Assembly (NCBI RefSeq): GCF_000315625.1
Contig: NW_005434651.1
Span: 478,045-542,044, forward strand
Source of the DNA: Guillardia theta CCMP2712
Taxonomy: Eukaryota > Protista > Cryptophyta
Length of the DNA stretch: 64,000 nt
Reading direction: 5' to 3'
Every line of letters begins with the position of its first letter. Within the stretch, counting starts at the first letter, position 1. The notes beneath the pieces were generated by a model, which saw only the letters and a program-made list of their open reading frames with translations, was not told the DNA's origin and did not search any database. Positions 39,300-50,417 of the stretch are shown in pieces. A program made the position numbers and the translations under genes.

Positions 39300-42200
39300 A
39301 TGTCAAGATGTGTTGAAAACATACTGATTCATCATCGATTAGATAGCTAGTGAGCAGTCTGAATATTCAAGGAGCCAGGAAGTTGCAGGACCCGGGAGGT
39401 GGGGGGAGAGAGGAAAGACTTGAATTTTCATAATTTACATGTACGGGTTTCCACTGGAAGAATTCTCCCACTTGTTCCTTGTGTTCCAGGTTTGACGTGA
39501 TTGACAGTGTTCCCATCGAGGTCTTGAGAGCCCACAAACATGAGGAAAAGAAAGATGTGAGAGTGAGCTTGTCGGGTTGCATCGAGTGCTGAATGGAGTC
39601 TTTGCAGCATTGCAGATCGATACCTGGGAAGTCGGTTCGATAAGGAGAAGCATCGAAAGTACAACGCTCTGCTCTACACGCATGACCTTGATGGGGAGAC
39701 GCCGATTACCGTGAGAGACTTTCGCTTGATGATGTCGATCTAAAAGTTGTCAAAGAATCCGAGGCGGACGGCCAAGGGAGAAGAAGCCTATAATGAGGTG
39801 AAGGTGAACTGACGGGAATGAATGCTGACGAGACATCAGTTCCTGTACGGACTAGAGCTTATCAACCAGCAAGAATACCTCCCTACCTCGGCCTCACTCC
39901 TCGGATCATGCGCAGGCGGTTCAGATGCCCAAGAGTTTGAGGACGCGGCAAAGTGGGAGAGGCTGGTGTACCAGCGGCACAACGCGCTGACAGCGTTCGC
40001 GTTCAACATCGACCTGCTCGACCGGACGAAGCTGGACCATAAGGAGGATAAGACGAAGAGTGATGAGGATGGGAAGGCAAAGATCAGCAGGCGCTACAAG
40101 ATCCACAGAGAGACGAGGCAGACGCTCATTCGGCCGCTTGAGGCAGATTTCACATGGCTCGGCTTCCTACTCTACGTCGTCACTTTCCTGGCAAAGAGGT
40201 GAGGAGAACGAGGCTTGTTGGAGACATCGCCTGCTGAAGTGTAAGGCAGCTACACCCTCGTGATCCAGATCATCACGATCGCCGGGATCTGTTCGGCATC
40301 GTACTTCTGCCCTTTCAACAGAAACCCGCTGTGAGAGAGTGATGTGTATCTTAATATTCTAAGCTCGACTTCAGGCTTCCAGTCACAGCTCCTCCTGCCA
40401 AGTACAGAGCCAGTCAGATTTATCAAGTAAGTCGCGCAGACAGCGATGTGCTGCGCTCTTGTTACAGCACTGCTCCTTCGATCTGTGACTTCTTCCTTCC
40501 ACCAGTCCTTCAATTACTTCCAGACCTATGATCGCCCGTGGGTGCCATGGCTGAGGGAGAGCTGCAAGGGGGAGGATGCAAACTGCAAGGATCCAGGTTA
40601 CGTCGTTCAGTGGCCGTACATGCAAGTCACGAAGAATGTACTGGGCCATCCCCCTCTTTCACGATTCAGATGCCCCTGACTGTTCCCTGGCAGGGCACTT
40701 CCATGGTCGACATTCCTCAGGAGCTCATGGCGGCCGCCAGTTGCACTCTTAGGAACAACGACTGGATTTTCGACCCCTTCCTCAAGAGGGTGCGCAGTGA
40801 GTTCTTGGACTGCTCGAAAAGAGACGGCAACGTGCCGTTCAAGGTGGATGGGACCTGGTTCCACTGGAAGCCAAAGTACTACTACAGCAACCATGCTGAG
40901 ACACTGGCCTGCAAGAAAGAGGTGTTTAACTTTGACAGCCGCATCGTGACAGAGGAGGTCAAGGTTCAACAGGAGCTGCTGAACTGCATCGTGCAAACGA
41001 GCATCGCTCAGTCAGACCTTTGCTCCTGCGACCAGTCGGGTTGGACCAAGCTGGAGAGGTTGAGGCGAGGACCTCAGTTTGTTGTCCGTCTCTTCTCGAA
41101 CGACCAGAATGCGATCCAGAACGAGACATTCAAGCCTGACTCGCTCTGTGGCGGAGACTCCGTCGCTGGGAAATTCTGCATGCAAGACAGTGACTGTAGT
41201 GGCAACAAGTGCAAAGCGGTGTACACGAGCCAGCGGCACATCTCTGCAAACAACCTTGTGAGGGACTGACCTGTTGTTGTTCTTTCGCCTCTTACTCAAT
41301 TGACAAGTACGGTTGTTTCTTCGAGACTCCCGACGCTTTGGCTGTCATGCAAAACAAATTCTTTACCTGCGCCCCGGCTGGACCGGTCTGTCATTGTGCT
41401 TGCACGTATGGGGAGACTAACAAGATCGTCAGTTTGACAAGCTCTTCGCGCCCGGAGGACAAGCTGAACGCCTCCGAGCTCTAACAACAGGAGTGACGTA
41501 AGGATCGGGATGCTATTCAGGTTCCGATATTCAGCACGTCTGTTCAGGTTGAGAACCTGGCTCCTTACGGTCTTCTTAATCAAGGAGGGAAGCTTGATTT
41601 CAGGTCTGTTCATCGTCTCGTGTCAAGGAGTATACTATCCTGAATATCTCAATCGCTCCCCACACCTCTTGTCCTCCACCCCGCTTCCTCCTCTTCCTGC
41701 ACCTCCGTCCCATTATCATTTTCCCTCTCCCTCTCTCTGCATCGCATCTCAACCTCTCCGTTGCCAGGCTTTGCTCTCTGGATCATTTTCTACTCTCTGA
41801 TTGCAATCCTGGCATTTGTGTTGGCGCCATTCCTCATGTACGACCTCGTGTATTGTTTGAGGTAGACTCTGATCGATTTCGAATGATAGGATCTATCTCC
41901 TTTCGCTGAGCGGGAGCAAGAACAAGAAGCAGAGGTTGAACTTCGTTCAGGTTCGCGTGTTTTCTTCATGTCTGGAATCTCAGATGTATGACTGGTCACA
42001 GTTCATGCTGGCTCTCATGGACGCTGTCAACGACCAGGCAGAGGTGGAAAAGAAAGTCTACATTCACAACCTCTCATGATCTCTCGAGTACAAACTTAGC
42101 CTTTCCGCTAACTTCCTCCTGCCTCTCCAGATCTTGTGGTCCATGGTCACAAACTTCTCCACCACGTATCCAGCTCTCTCTCCTCTCCTTGCCTTTGACA

Positions 42201-44225
42201 ACCTCAACCCCCAACAGGTATCGGTTGTACACGTTGTTGCAGGCCTTGCTCTCTGGACGAGTCAACGCCTCCATCAAGGTTTCCATGTCTTGTTTGACTT
42301 CAGTCTCGTCTCTCAAGCACCATGAAGGATTTTGACCGCAAACTCACCGACATTGCCAACACTGTCAGCTTGCTTGTATTGTACTCCTTTCCTCCTCCTC
42401 ACAGATCTCATTCCAGATTTACGATCTCACCCTCCTTCTGAGTTTAGGAGGTGCTCCAGATTCCACCATCATCAGTTCCTTGGTCAGCAGCACAAGGCAA
42501 ACAAGTTTCCTTCTCTGACTTGCCGTAGGTCCTCACGTTGACAAACTTGCTCTACACGATGAACGTCGAAAAGGTAGACGTCCTCCTTCCCAAATCTTGT
42601 TGGGTGACATGGGCCGCAGGTGAAGCTGACGAGAATTGTACGTCCTCTTGAAGACCTCAACGATAACAGGCTGTCCAAGTTTGAGGTGTGAGAGGAGGAG
42701 GAGGAGGAGGAGGAGGAGGAGGAGGAGGAGGAATAGATGAGTCTCGTTTCCAGACTGCATTGCTGCTGGTTAAGATCATGGAAGATATGCTCGACAGAGA
42801 CATCCAGTACAACTTCGTGCAGGTCTCAAGATGCTCTTCTCTCCTGGTTCACTTGCTGAGTTGCAGTGAAGGTCTTCAAGGAGGGGCCGGACGCGACGCA
42901 AAACGAGAGGTGAAGAAAACTAACGCTCCTTCTCCTCCACATCATCTCCATCATCTCCACCATCATCATCGCGGACTCACCTTATGCCGACTCAGGCTCA
43001 TCCCTTACATCCCTCAAGAATTCATAGAAAAGGCGAAGGAGATGCCGGAGGAGCCGGAGGAGAATAAGAGCATGATGATACAGCTCCACAACAAGATCCA
43101 AAAGCTCCTGATCTCCTTCATCGGGGATGGGAACGAGAAGATCCCTCCCTACTGGCTCGAAATGCCTGAGCTCCCACAGTGACCAGCGCATGGCAGCAGG
43201 GCAGGTACTGACAGGGTTGCCAGGGACCTGATAGACAAGTTTGGACACGACGGGGAGGGATTTCAGGCACAGAATCCCAACAGGACTGTGATGAAGGACA
43301 GCAACAACGTCCTGGTGCGGCTGCCCCTCCTTCCAGTGCGATGACGGTGAAAGTTGTGTTGACAGAGCCTCTCCGACGAGGCGGGAGTCAAGGAGTTTCT
43401 CCAGAGGCTGCAGCCCTCCATCGACAAGGTGAAGGCACTGGGAGCTCGCAAAGAGGAGCAGGCGCAGGAGGATGCTCCGTGCTGTGTAGACCTCTTCCCC
43501 TCATTGGATGACGTGGAGGAGTCGATCCGTGACGAGGAGGAGCTTCATCGCAAGCCCAGGATCTTGTTCTACGGGGAGTCGAACCTCCAGGTCCCTCCTC
43601 CTCCTCCTCCTCCTCCTCCTCCTCTTCCTCTTCCCCCCCCCTCCCCCCCTCCTTATCGTCATGCTGATGTCCAGAGCAGTCCGCGTTGGAACGTCAAGAT
43701 CAGAGATCGCCAGAGGTGCCAACGGCGCCTGACACCCACAGGATGCATCAAGTCCAGCCTGCTACTCCCCAAGAGCATCAAGAGATCTCCTTCGTCGAAG
43801 CTCAGCCAGTCCTGCACCCTGCAGATCTCGAGCTCCAGCTGCCTTCGGACGGCAAGGGCTCGGGCTACCTCTCAGCTCCTCGTCCTACTCAGGAGACTGA
43901 CTCGCAAGTCATGGAATCTCTCCTGCAGCCTCCTCCTCCGCTGCAAGTTGTATTTGGCTGTCCTCGCCAGCTCTCTCTCTCCTGATAGGATGGCAGGACC
44001 AAGGAGACGCCTCTCCTCCTGCTGCCGATGCTCAAGGTGGACAAGAGCCGGAGCCGGATGCCGCCATGGAGACGAACGAGGTACGAGAGCGTGAGGCAGG
44101 CGGGTACCATGTGTGAAGTTTGCCGCTGAAGACTCCGCCGACCGAGACGGAGGCTCTCAACGGTCAGGCGTAACCAGTGGGACAGCAGTTCGCTGATGAC
44201 AATAGCTACCGGACATCTCCGATGA
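39300..44225 (+). CDS. Unknown multipass membrane protein with a large Cys-rich loop, multi-exon
   Basis: Chain of GT-AG-linked exons. Hydrophobic segments WLGFLLYVVTFLA, YTLVIQIITIAGICS, WLLTVFLI..GLFIVS and STLIAILAFVLAPFLM flank a Cys-rich region. The start is approximate. Confidence 0.7.
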
Positions 44226-44277
44226 GAGGATTTTTCCACCGTGTGAACGGTTGGTCCATCTGATGATGATTTTGAAT

Positions 44278-44313
44278 TTGTCCTCGTACTGATTTTTAAC
44301 TTAACTTTGAGTA
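44278..44313 (-). repeat. Dispersed AT-rich motif copy (TTGTCCTCGTACTGATTTTTAACTTAACTTTGAGTA)
   Basis: 34/35 identical to 60602-60636; inverted relative to 39060-39087. Confidence 0.85.
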
Positions 44314-44446
44314 AAAAGAAGAATGGAAAGCCCGGAAGGTAGTTAAATCAACCCGCCTCAGAGAATTGATAGGGGCAAAGAAGACAGAAAAGAATTTCTA
44401 GTTGAGGCGAACTAGTGCCCTTAATCTGAGGCGGACTCTGGCTTTG

Positions 44447-46105
44447 ATGCGGCATGCTGCCTTCGTTCTCGTCCTTGCGCTAGGCTTCGAGGCTGTCGCC
44501 TGCTTCACGATAGGAGGAGGAGGAGGAGGAGGAGGAGGGCCTTGTAGACAGCTGAGGATCACCAGAGAGAGGGGAACGACGCCCGTGAGCTTGAGAGGAG
44601 GAGCCTGTGCAGCGAAGATGGCAGCTCCGAAGGTGGACATGCGGGAGCTTCTTGGATGCTGCGTATATGCATGTGAGAGGGCAGGACAGATCATTCGTGA
44701 TGTTGAGAAGAGGAGGGAGCAAGGAAAGCTTGCAGGTACCATGTTGAAGGATGCGCATGATTCCCGCAGCTACCTCACCGAGGCAGATACCTCTGCTCAG
44801 AAGGAGATCCTGAAGATCCTGCGCAGCAGTTTCCCGCAGATCTCGATCGTTGCAGAGGAGGAGGAGGAGGAGGAGGAGCTGCAGGGGATCGGAGGAGTTC
44901 CTCAAAAGTTCCTTCCGGTAGAGCTCCGCGATGTGCCGGAACAGCTGACGTCAGTGCCCGCAGAGGACGTGTGTGTGTTCGTAGACCCTGTGGACGGCAC
45001 CAAGGAGTTCGTGGAGGGAAGGCTCGAGGCGGTCCAGACTCTCGTGGGGATTTCAATCAATGGCAGGCCGACAGGAGGAGCAGTCGGCATCCCCTTCCTC
45101 AGTGGCATGGAAGGGGTTCACGTCGTGTACGGGCTGGTAGGAGCAGGGGTTGCCAATGTCCCCCCACCATGTATGGAGAGGAAGGAGCAAGCTGGGGTCG
45201 TCCTGGCAGCCTCTCCCTCCGGCAAGGAGCAGGCTGTTCTTGATGCTCGTCAGCTCTTGGCACCGAGCAAGCTGATAACGCCAGGAGGAGTCGGGAACAA
45301 GGTGAGGGGAGGGAGGGAGGGAGGGAGGGAGGGAGGTAACTTTTGGAGGGGAGGGAGGGAAGGAGGGAGGGTAGGGTAGGGAGGGAGGGAGGAACGTTTN
45401 NNNNNNNNNNNNNNNNNNNNNNNNNNNNNNNNNNNNNNNNNNNNNNNNNNNNNNNNNNNNNNNNNNNNNNNNNNNNNNNNNNNNNNNNNNNNNNNNNNNC
45501 CGACAACCTTTTAGGGGTCACCAGGCAATCATCGGGACCGCCGAGGCGAGGGAGGGAGGGAGGAACTTGACAGGAGGAGTCGGGAACAAGGTGAGGGGAG
45601 GGAGGGAGGGAGGGAGGGAGGAACTTTTGAGGGGAGGGAGGAAGGGAGGGAGGAACTTTTGACAACGAGCAAGATCCTTTCTGTTCTGCGAGGAGACGCC
45701 GACTGTGCGCTGATGCATCTTCAAACAAACCTGTGGGACACCTGTGCTACAGAAGCGCTGATTCGTGCAGCCGGAGGGAAGGTGGCCTCTCACTCCTGTC
45801 TTTCCTTCTGCTCCTCCCCTCCCCAGTCTCCAACACTACTCCCTCCTCTCCCCTCCTTCCCGCTTCTTTTTCCTGATGGTTCAATAGGTTTCTGATATGT
45901 TCGGGCAAGACATCGATCACTCAAGAAACGCGCGGACGATGAATGTCCTGGGCGTGTTTGCAACTTCTGCTCTGTTTCAAGAAAGGGATGCGAAGAAGCG
46001 ATCTCATGACGAGGTTCAGTAACCTGCTTACTTCCAGTCTGATCCTTCAAGCAGGTCTGTGCTGAATGGAGGGAAGCAGGGATACTGAAATCCCTCCGCG
46101 CGTAG
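44447..46105 (+). CDS. BPNT1: 3'(2'),5'-bisphosphate nucleotidase (BPNT1-like, inositol monophosphatase family) with putative plastid leader
   Basis: TEADT, IVAEE, VFVDPVDGTKEF, GGVGNK and WDTCATEALIRAAGG motifs; leader MRHAAFVLVLALGFEAVAC-F. Confidence 0.88.
45400..45499. other. Assembly gap (100 N) with duplicated exon end on both sides
   Basis: CAGGAGGAGTCGGGAACAAGGTGAGGGG occurs at about 45282 and about 45571. Confidence 0.95.
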
Positions 46106-46704
46106 CCCTGACAGACTAAGCAAGTTTACCCGCTATCATCTCATTCCTCGTTGCTTATGAGAATCTCTGATTTGCTCTGCCGACTGGAGTTTCTTTCACA
46201 CAACACACGCACAGACTTCTGGTTGCCGCGCAAGCGGATACCGTACATGACTCTCGGGGCTTCTACCTGTCAAAATTTAGTGCCAGTGGATTCTGATTGC
46301 AACGTGTAGAGGCCCTGTGACAAGCCGCCCGCTGAGCGACGCGGAGCCGGCGGTCATGCCCGCAGAGCCAACGGAACGTCTCGGCCACTCAGCGGCAGCT
46401 CAGCAGTGACTTGCCCAGTTGCATGGACTCAAGTTGCCAGCGCCTAGTAGCGGCCGGGCCCGGCCTATCAGCGTACGGTAGCCTACGGCACTCGGCCGAG
46501 TCTACTTTCAAGTTTAAAAAGAGAGCATTTCAGTTTTCTACGCTATTGGTTCAAATTTAAAAGTGGAGGCCGTAGACGGTTGCTGGGGGCCGCCGCCCGG
46601 TTTCCAAAGAAGGTACCGTACTACTATTCAAACGCTCTGAGGCGGATCTGGACCTACCCGCTTATTTGATTTGGCGGGTAATAACGGTCCCGTCCCCCCC
46701 CGCC

Positions 46705-47867
46705 ATGGCGACAAAGGCGGGATTCGTTCGTTTACTGGGCGCGTGCGCCATGCTCGCGCTACCGACATGCTCATTGTACCTTGAATCAGACACTGCTTCC
46801 TCACATTCCACACACACAAGAAACCTTGCGTTCATCCAGCCTTGTTCTCCAAGGTTATCCAGACATAGAGCAGGGCGGGAAGCTATTTCAAAGAGCGCAG
46901 GGGCAGAGACATGCATGTTGAGCGGAAGACATCTTGGACCCACCATCGACGAGATCAGAGAGATTCGCTTTCAGGAAGAGAAGCAGATCCAAGCGTCGAA
47001 GTTCGATTCAAGGTATGGGATTTGGCTTTAGTTGTCGTCCTTAGTTGAACGTGAAAAACAAAAAAGCAGAGAATGCCAGGAAAACGCAGAAGATGGCCTC
47101 GTTGCCTACTCGGGCCAGGACAAGGGACCACAGAGGCGTCATCTGGGACCAACTTTGGAGGAAGTTCTAGAGATCAAACGGTTGGCCCGAGACAGGGGGT
47201 TCTCACAAAGAGGTCCAAACGACGATGACTGTGTGGAGTCGAATGCTCATGAGACAGATCCGAACAGTCCGAGCCAGGTGAGAGACGAACTTCTCACTTG
47301 CTGCTCTGCAATGCAATGTTGAGAGGTTTTCCTGCTGGAAACAGGAACAGATCAAGGTTTTGAAGAACTACGGCATTTCGATTATTCCTTCGACCAAGAT
47401 TGAGGTATCATACTTTCGGCCTCCACTGCCAATTTCATAGGAATGCTCGTCACGTCCTCTCTTGTCTCGTGGCTTCTCCTGAAACTTCTGCCAGGCCTCA
47501 CTGCTCATCAGGGAAATGAGAGACATGCAGGTATTGTGCACTGAGCTACTTGACGTGGATCAGCTGTAAAACTTTCTTCAGATTGCAGAGAGATTCGGTT
47601 TGTCGACACTGAACAAGTGAGAGACTTGTCTCTCCTGTGGGATCAGAGCTGATGTTGTTGTGCGGATCAGGAGACTGAATCGTCCCGTTGAGAGGGAGGA
47701 CTCAAACATCAATGCACAAGCTCCTGAGCAGGAGGAAGACTGTGACCATCTGGACATGGTGAGCTACTTATCCTCCGATTGAATATCTTTATTGATTTTA
47801 ACATTTTGATTAGGCGCTCAAGGGGATTAACTACATACGAAGGAAAAAGACCGAGAAGGTTTTGTAG
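46705..47867 (+). CDS. Hypothetical signal-peptide protein with two HLGPTxxE repeats, multi-exon
   Basis: Hydrophobic N-terminus; GRHLGPTIDEIREI and RRHLGPTLEEVLEI; GT-AG-linked exons to a stop at about 47867. Confidence 0.65.
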
Positions 47868-47996
47868 ATCCACTGATTCCTTAATATCATGTTCACAAAT
47901 GCTCCATAAATATTTCACATGTAAGCACATATATCTGTGTCAGACCCATGTACCTTTGTGGCTCTACTTTGGTATGATCCACATAAACTGAGAGTT

Positions 47997-49745
47997 TCAG
48001 ACTTGGCTTTGTAGCTGCTTCATGGTCCTCTCATAGGCATAGAAAAATGCTCCTGCACCCAAACCGATGTACGTGGAGCGAACAAGAGCGCCTGAGGCAG
48101 AACATGAGAGAGACGCAGGCAGATTTTAAGATTGACAGAAAACAAATCGAGTTGCTCACCTGCAAAAAGTCCTCGAACTCCCTGCTCGGCGAGAATGCGG
48201 GGAAGCAATCCGAGGGAGTTGGAGGACGGACCCCCGCTCCATGTTCTCATGGTAGCCTGCGTTCGAGCCACGTCGAGGGGATTGGTGATAAGCCCAGAAA
48301 AAGCTCCAGCACAGAAGCCGATGGCCACGTTGGCGAGGTCTTGAGTGTCGTCCACCTTGACCACTCGACCTTTCTTGTCCTTGGACTGAGGAGAAGCCGA
48401 CGGTATGTCAGCGTGAAGCGCACAAGGTGGAGGAGATCCATTCACCGTCAGGAACTTCGATCTATACGTGTCATGCATGGCCTCGTAGGTGGCGAACATG
48501 ATAGAGTAGAAAGGCAGGTCCCTGCAGAGCTGAGAGGTGTATCCCTGAAAGAAGCCCCTGTGTCCCCCCGTCAGTTGCCGCTCCCTCGGCCAGGACGCGT
48601 TCACCTCATTCCTGCTTCCTTCTGGATCGCCCGCACGGCGCTCTTGAGAGACGCAGTGTACATGCCGCTCTGAAACGTGCACTTGACCACCTCACATGGG
48701 GTGGACCATACCGAGCCGACCAAACTGCCCACCATGGATGCTCCGACCTGCGGCATCGAGTCAAGCTTGCAGTGCAGGGTCCTCTCCCCCTCTTCATCAC
48801 ATCGATGGCAACTTTGTTCGCTTCTGGGAACTTCTTCTCGAGTTTGTTCCTGATTCAAGATGAGAGGACAGTGACGGCGTTAGGACGTTGTATGGCACCT
48901 CACGGCCTCAAAGGTGCTGTAAACCAAGAAGAAGGTAGGCAGCTGGCTAAGGCTGGACGCTCCCTATCGTGTAAAAGCGAGTCAAGCGCGATGTCTGCAT
49001 TGAGCAGAACAACTCACAACTCCCGACCAAAACGGCGGTTGTCGGGCATTTACCCGTCTGTTCAACAAGCAATGCTATCACAGTAGGGAGACGTCTGGCT
49101 CGATCCTACCTGACAGCGAACGCCTTCTCAGAAGCTTGATAGGCACCCGGTGCTCCTGCGTGCCATTGAGGTCCAAGACATTGACGGGATTGGCGCTTTG
49201 CTGTTCATACCGAAGGGAATTTGAAGGCGGGTCTTGAAAGTGTCGAGGGGGAAAGCAGCAAGTTGAAACGGAACTTGAAGAACAGCTCCGTTCAAGAGAG
49301 GATTCTTCCATCCTGACATAGAGGGAAAGACTGAGCACACTCACTATGAAATCGGAAGGGGCGGGTACCTGATACACCCGAAACATCGGGAGCAGCTCCC
49401 TGAACCGCTGAGGTAAACAACAGAACAAGCCTGCCAACAGAGCTCAGACACATGTAACAACACAAAGAAAGTCAATGAAGTAAAACAAGGATCACCATCA
49501 AATATCCAACAACACACGTGAGAAGGTACAATTTGAAAAGAGATCAGTCCCATCGCAACTTGGCAGTTTGGTAGCAACATGGGAGGATACGGTAAGCCTA
49601 CGGCGAGCACCAGCAAACAAACACAACGATACAGTCCACAGCATGCGATCAGAGGAAGAGAGACTACATCGGATGATGAAGGTGCCATGATGATCAGCAC
49701 ACACAGCGCATGCTCTGCTCCTCACCCTATCCCCAGCGCCGCCAT
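47997..49745 (-). CDS. Mitochondrial carrier family (SLC25, SAM-carrier-like) protein with N-terminal signal-peptide-like extension
   Basis: Three carrier signatures: FPLDTFKTRLQ, TPCEVVKCTFQ and NPLDVARTQ. Also RDLPFYSIMFATYE; ends GAFFYAYERTMKQLQSQV. Confidence 0.88.
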
Positions 49746-49789
49746 GAAATCCAGTCAGGTTTCCGACTGAGTGGGGATGGGGGCACGTT

Positions 49790-50230
49790 ACTGTTTTAGC
49801 CCAGTGCCAGTGCCCGGCCCGCCGGCCCGGGCCACTCGGCCACTGCGGCACTGCGGCACGGGCCGGGCCATGGCCGATCACCGCGGCCGCCGACTCAGTA
49901 GCGGCCCGGGCCAGGGGGAGGCCTCTCCGCCGGGACTCGGACCGGCGGGGACCGTCCGGCCGGGGCCCGGCCGGCCCGGGCCCGGCGGCGGGGCCGCCGG
50001 CAGAAAGTACGGAGCCCGCCGGGGACGCCGGGCCGCCCGCACCCCATGGCCGACGGGAGTCTGGGATTCAGGCTCAGTGACTGGCCGGGACCGGCCCGGT
50101 GGGCGCGGCTCCGGCCTCCGAGGCTCCGGCGTGACCAGTGGCCGCCCGGCCGGCCCGGGCCCGGCCGGTCCGATCACCCGGCCGGGCGGGTCACGCCGTG
50201 TCGGACGGTCCGCTTCCTGGCGTAACCGAT
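49790..50230. promoter_or_regulatory. Extremely GC-rich divergent promoter island
   Basis: Lies between head-to-head gene starts 49745(-) and 50418(+); built from GGCCCGG/CCGGCC and CTCAGT words. Confidence 0.6.
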
Positions 50231-50417
50231 GGGTAACGGGTTGTGGCAACCTGAACGGAAGTTTTGAGCAGGCGTGTACAGCGTGTAGTAGATTCTTGTA
50301 GTGTGGAAGGCGAGGAGAAGGGAAGAGAAGAGAAGGAGGAGCTGCATGCTCGACGTCGAATGATGTTGTAACGCCCTGATCCCGTACAAACTTCGCTGCT
50401 AAGGATTGGCTTCAGGA

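Noticed and set aside
45500-45660. Duplicated GGVGNK exon end suggesting alternative splicing
   Set aside because: It directly flanks an N gap in low-complexity sequence, so it is most likely an assembly overlap.
49771-50301. Gly/Pro/Arg-rich ORFs on both strands
   Set aside because: Stop-poor simply because of extreme GC content in a divergent intergenic region.
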